DNA from: Schmidtea nova
Taxonomy: Eukaryota
Assembly (NCBI GenBank): GCA_044892505.1
Contig: CM097883.1
Coordinates: 114,142,001-114,206,000 of the forward strand
Length of the DNA: 64,000 bases
Reading direction: 5' to 3'
Part shown: piece by piece, positions 61,524 through 64,000 of the stretch
Layout: each line of letters starts with the position of its first letter
How positions within the stretch are numbered: the stretch's first letter is position 1
Notes under the pieces: generated by a model
What the model was told of the DNA's origin: nothing
The model's database searches: none
Seen by the model: the letters and a program-made list of their open reading frames with translations, nothing else
Position numbers and translations under genes: made by a program

Positions 61524-62099
61524 ATGAGATTATTGAAGCAAAGATCAGAACCAAAACAACAAACGATATCAAAAGAAAGATTCAAAAAATGGAAAAGAGC
61601 AACAGAGCAATATTATCAAGACCAAATAGACCAATTGAAGGAAGTAGTGAGCAAAGATAGAAAATATATCGCACAAATGGAGCAAGAGTGCGAGACGATG
61701 GAAATAATCAAGCGAGAAAATTATCTATTTCGCCAACAAAATGGTCTCACTCAAAAATATTGCGACAGACAGAAGCAAGAGATTGACAGACTCAAAAGGG
61801 AAATAAGCAGTGAACAGAACACTGATAATAAAAGGAGAATTACGATCGAGTCATTACAACGATCATTGAAGAACAAACAGAAAAAGATTATAAAAAGAGA
61901 GAAACAGATAATAAAGTTGAAAAGTGAAATCATCGAAGCAAAGTTTGATACGTTCAAAGCAAAGAAAGTTGTAGAAATCAAAACGGCAGAAAATTACGTC
62001 CTCAAAGAACAAAGGCGAAAAGAAGCAGACGAGATTGCAAAAATGGGAAACTGGAAGCCAGAAAGTCCGTTAAAGCTAAATGAAAAGATGAAAGAATAA
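61524..62099 (+). CDS. 191-aa basic coiled-coil protein
   Basis: Intact ORF after a TAG acceptor. Confidence 0.75.
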   Translation: MRLLKQRSEPKQQTISKERFKKWKRATEQYYQDQIDQLKEVVSKDRKYIAQMEQECETMEIIKRENYLFRQQNGLTQKYCDRQKQEIDRLKREISSEQNTDNKRRITIESLQRSLKNKQKKIIKREKQIIKLKSEIIEAKFDTFKAKKVVEIKTAENYVLKEQRRKEADEIAKMGNWKPESPLKLNEKMKE

Positions 62100-62192
62100 A
62101 ATATATCCAAACTCATGTAAATACCCCTGTAAATAAAAAAGAGAAAATTTGAAAAATCATTAAACAAAATTGAATCTATAAATCTATAGAAA

Positions 62193-63017
62193 ATGAGCAA
62201 TCTAATGAGGATCACAACAACCATCATGATATTTATAATTACAAACTGCCGAAGCGAAGAAGCATTGAGTCAATGTCAAGCAAGCCATCCATTTAGAAGA
62301 TACGATAGCATTTGTGTAAGCTATCAAGAAATTTGTAGCACCAGAAATGAGGAGTGTCAGCAAATCCAACTACAATGTCAACAATGTCCTAAATCCAGAG
62401 AAGATTCAATCACCATCCTTAAACAATTGAGAAATGAAACTCAACAATTAATCCAACTACAAATCTCCTTAACCAAAAGAAACAATCTTCAACTAAAGAA
62501 ACAGCTCGAAAACCAATCATCCTTCAAACAGTTAACGACCGAACTAAAGAAATTGAGCAAGTTAATAGAAAAATCTCTAAATAATAAAGATGAAGTTAAT
62601 GAGGAAAGATCAAGTTTCACAGAGGAGTTAAATCAAAAACTAAAAACTCAACTTCATCAGACCGAGAGAATTATAAAGCAATTAATATTACCCGAAAAGC
62701 AAAAGGAGATTATCCCTAAACAAGGATCAACCAATAAGGACGTCAGAGACCGAGAAGCAGCCATCACAGTCGTTCTACAAGGCATCAGTCTTTTCGCGGT
62801 CATAATGATCCTTAGCATTGCTGCATCAATCGGATTAGAAAAAATGAAATTAGAAAAAGCGAAAATCCAGCTGAATACCATCAAACGAATCACCCATGAA
62901 GACAACAACCCGTCAGAAAATTTTCTAAGATCAATATTTGAAGATCCAGTTCCAGAACAGCCTAATTCTGAGACATCTACAACCTCGGTGCAGATGAATT
63001 ACTTCTATAAACAATAA
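62193..63017 (+). CDS. Type I membrane protein with Cys-rich N-terminus and coiled-coil ectodomain
   Basis: Signal-like MRITTTIMIFIITNC; six Cys; heptads; TM AITVVLQGISLFAVIMILSIAASIGL. Confidence 0.75.
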   Translation: MSNLMRITTTIMIFIITNCRSEEALSQCQASHPFRRYDSICVSYQEICSTRNEECQQIQLQCQQCPKSREDSITILKQLRNETQQLIQLQISLTKRNNLQLKKQLENQSSFKQLTTELKKLSKLIEKSLNNKDEVNEERSSFTEELNQKLKTQLHQTERIIKQLILPEKQKEIIPKQGSTNKDVRDREAAITVVLQGISLFAVIMILSIAASIGLEKMKLEKAKIQLNTIKRITHEDNNPSENFLRSIFEDPVPEQPNSETSTTSVQMNYFYKQ

Positions 63018-63213
63018 TACGATTCGATACCCCTTTTGACAAGTCATGTATTTTCTTCCATTCATTTGATCTATCTATCTATTTGTATTCTCATCTTTAA
63101 CAATATCATCATTAAATCATAACCCTGTGTAAAGATCGTAACGCCTTTGTAAATAACAAAATTATTTATCGTCATTATTCAAATTCTTTCTATTAGAAAC
63201 ACAAAAATCAACA

Positions 63214-64000
63214 ATGAAATCGTACCGAGAAGTTTTCCTAATCGCCATGATCACAACAATTTATTGTCATCTCGAAGAAACCCAGAAATCAAGCCAATTA
63301 AGCCCAAATCAACAATGTAATAAAGAACCATTGGAAATCTCTAACAACAAACAACTATCCGAAAAGATTGAGCAAGCCAAAATCGAAATTCAAAATACCC
63401 TTTTCAATCAAAATGATGAAATTTCAGGTCTAAAAAGAATAGCAAGGATAATATTAGCCGATTTAGCGATCAGAGATACATTCGAGGATATCTTTGATAA
63501 TGATCGAGAAACCCGTGACGTAATAAAAAGTCTCACCAAAGAACTTAAAACGAATATAGGCAAGTTAATCGATCAGCTAACGATAAATTCATCAAGTCCG
63601 AAATGTCTGAAACAAATCCAGAAAATTCATCATAACCTGTCCCAGCAGATTTCCGAAGTAGGAAACCAAACGGCACAACAACTAAGAAAGGCTTATTTCG
63701 AAAGCCTGACATTTAAGAATAAAATCCACAATCACATAAACGAGATATCGAAACCGGATAACAATCAAGGCAGAGACAAGTGCAGAGCACCCCTCCTATC
63801 ATCCAAACGAATTCTCGATATCTGCCTGATCATCCTTAACTTTTTCCTAATAATCGGAATTTGTGGTATAATACGGTTAGGCTTGACCGCCAAAAGAATG
63901 ATGAACAACATGACCTCCGAACAATCCAGAAGAAAAGATGACAAGAAACAGTTGATCAATACCGAGTCATTCAAACTATTCCAGTCGAAGATCCAACCAA
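63214..64000 (+). CDS. Type I membrane protein, 3'-truncated by the window edge (not in the ORF track)
   Basis: Manual translation MKSYREVFLIAMITTIYC...; TM ILDICLIILNFFLIIGICGIIRLGL; no stop before 64000. Confidence 0.75.
   Translation, partial: MKSYREVFLIAMITTIYCHLEETQKSSQLSPNQQCNKEPLEISNNKQLSEKIEQAKIEIQNTLFNQNDEISGLKRIARIILADLAIRDTFEDIFDNDRETRDVIKSLTKELKTNIGKLIDQLTINSSSPKCLKQIQKIHHNLSQQISEVGNQTAQQLRKAYFESLTFKNKIHNHINEISKPDNNQGRDKCRAPLLSSKRILDICLIILNFFLIIGICGIIRLGLTAKRMMNNMTSEQSRRKDDKKQLINTESFKLFQSKIQP

Larger units (their letters stand above)
42082..64000 (+). mobile_element. Giant LTR retroelement (Burro/Ogre-like), over 21.9 kb, continues beyond the window
   Basis: LTR-like region, PBS, leader tandem repeats, retroviral-type protease and at least 10 co-oriented intact ORFs with uniform architecture; left boundary inferred. 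Confidence 0.75.

Noticed and set aside
51187-63974. Numerous minus-strand ORFs opposite the cargo genes
   Set aside because: Shadow frames of A-rich coding strands with F/L/S/I-biased composition and no motifs
1-64000. tRNA, rRNA or conventional intron-containing host genes
   Set aside because: None recognised by eye; a tRNAscan/Infernal run and RNA-seq mapping would be needed to exclude them

Overview
AT-rich eukaryotic (invertebrate) genomic window with several N gaps, made almost entirely of nested mobile DNA. The host resembles a planarian, but that is inference. From left to right: (i) repeat arrays rich in palindromes and bZIP sites, then a deleted Ty3/gypsy remnant (1-4.9 kb). (ii) Decayed small membrane-protein paralogues and a Tc1/IS630 relic (5-9.3 kb). 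(iii) A 2.7-kb solo LTR with a 4-bp TSD that carries its own intact ORF (10.5-13.2 kb). (iv) Two different decayed Polinton/Maverick (adintovirus-like) elements joined by a short-LTR gypsy; one carries a TBP-like gene and the other is peppered with a GC-rich mini-hairpin motif (13.6-30.6 kb). (v) A Tc1 element and a second related solo LTR (35-39.6 kb). (vi) From 42.1 kb past the window end, a giant LTR retroelement (Burro/Ogre-like) with a ~4.3-kb 5' LTR, a tRNA-Pro PBS and at least ten intact co-oriented ORFs: a RING protein, a UBL-aspartic protease-ankyrin polyprotein, an EGF-type membrane protein, a TRAF, an IAP, coiled-coil proteins and further membrane proteins. No RT or integrase of this giant element is visible inside the window. 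The best candidate for a new system is this element: a retroelement-borne TRAF+IAP/ubiquitin signalling cassette. Every ORF in it sits just behind a splice acceptor, and a splice donor plus a structurally conserved RNA element lie at the 3' end of the LTR. All domain calls were made by eye from motifs; no searches were run.
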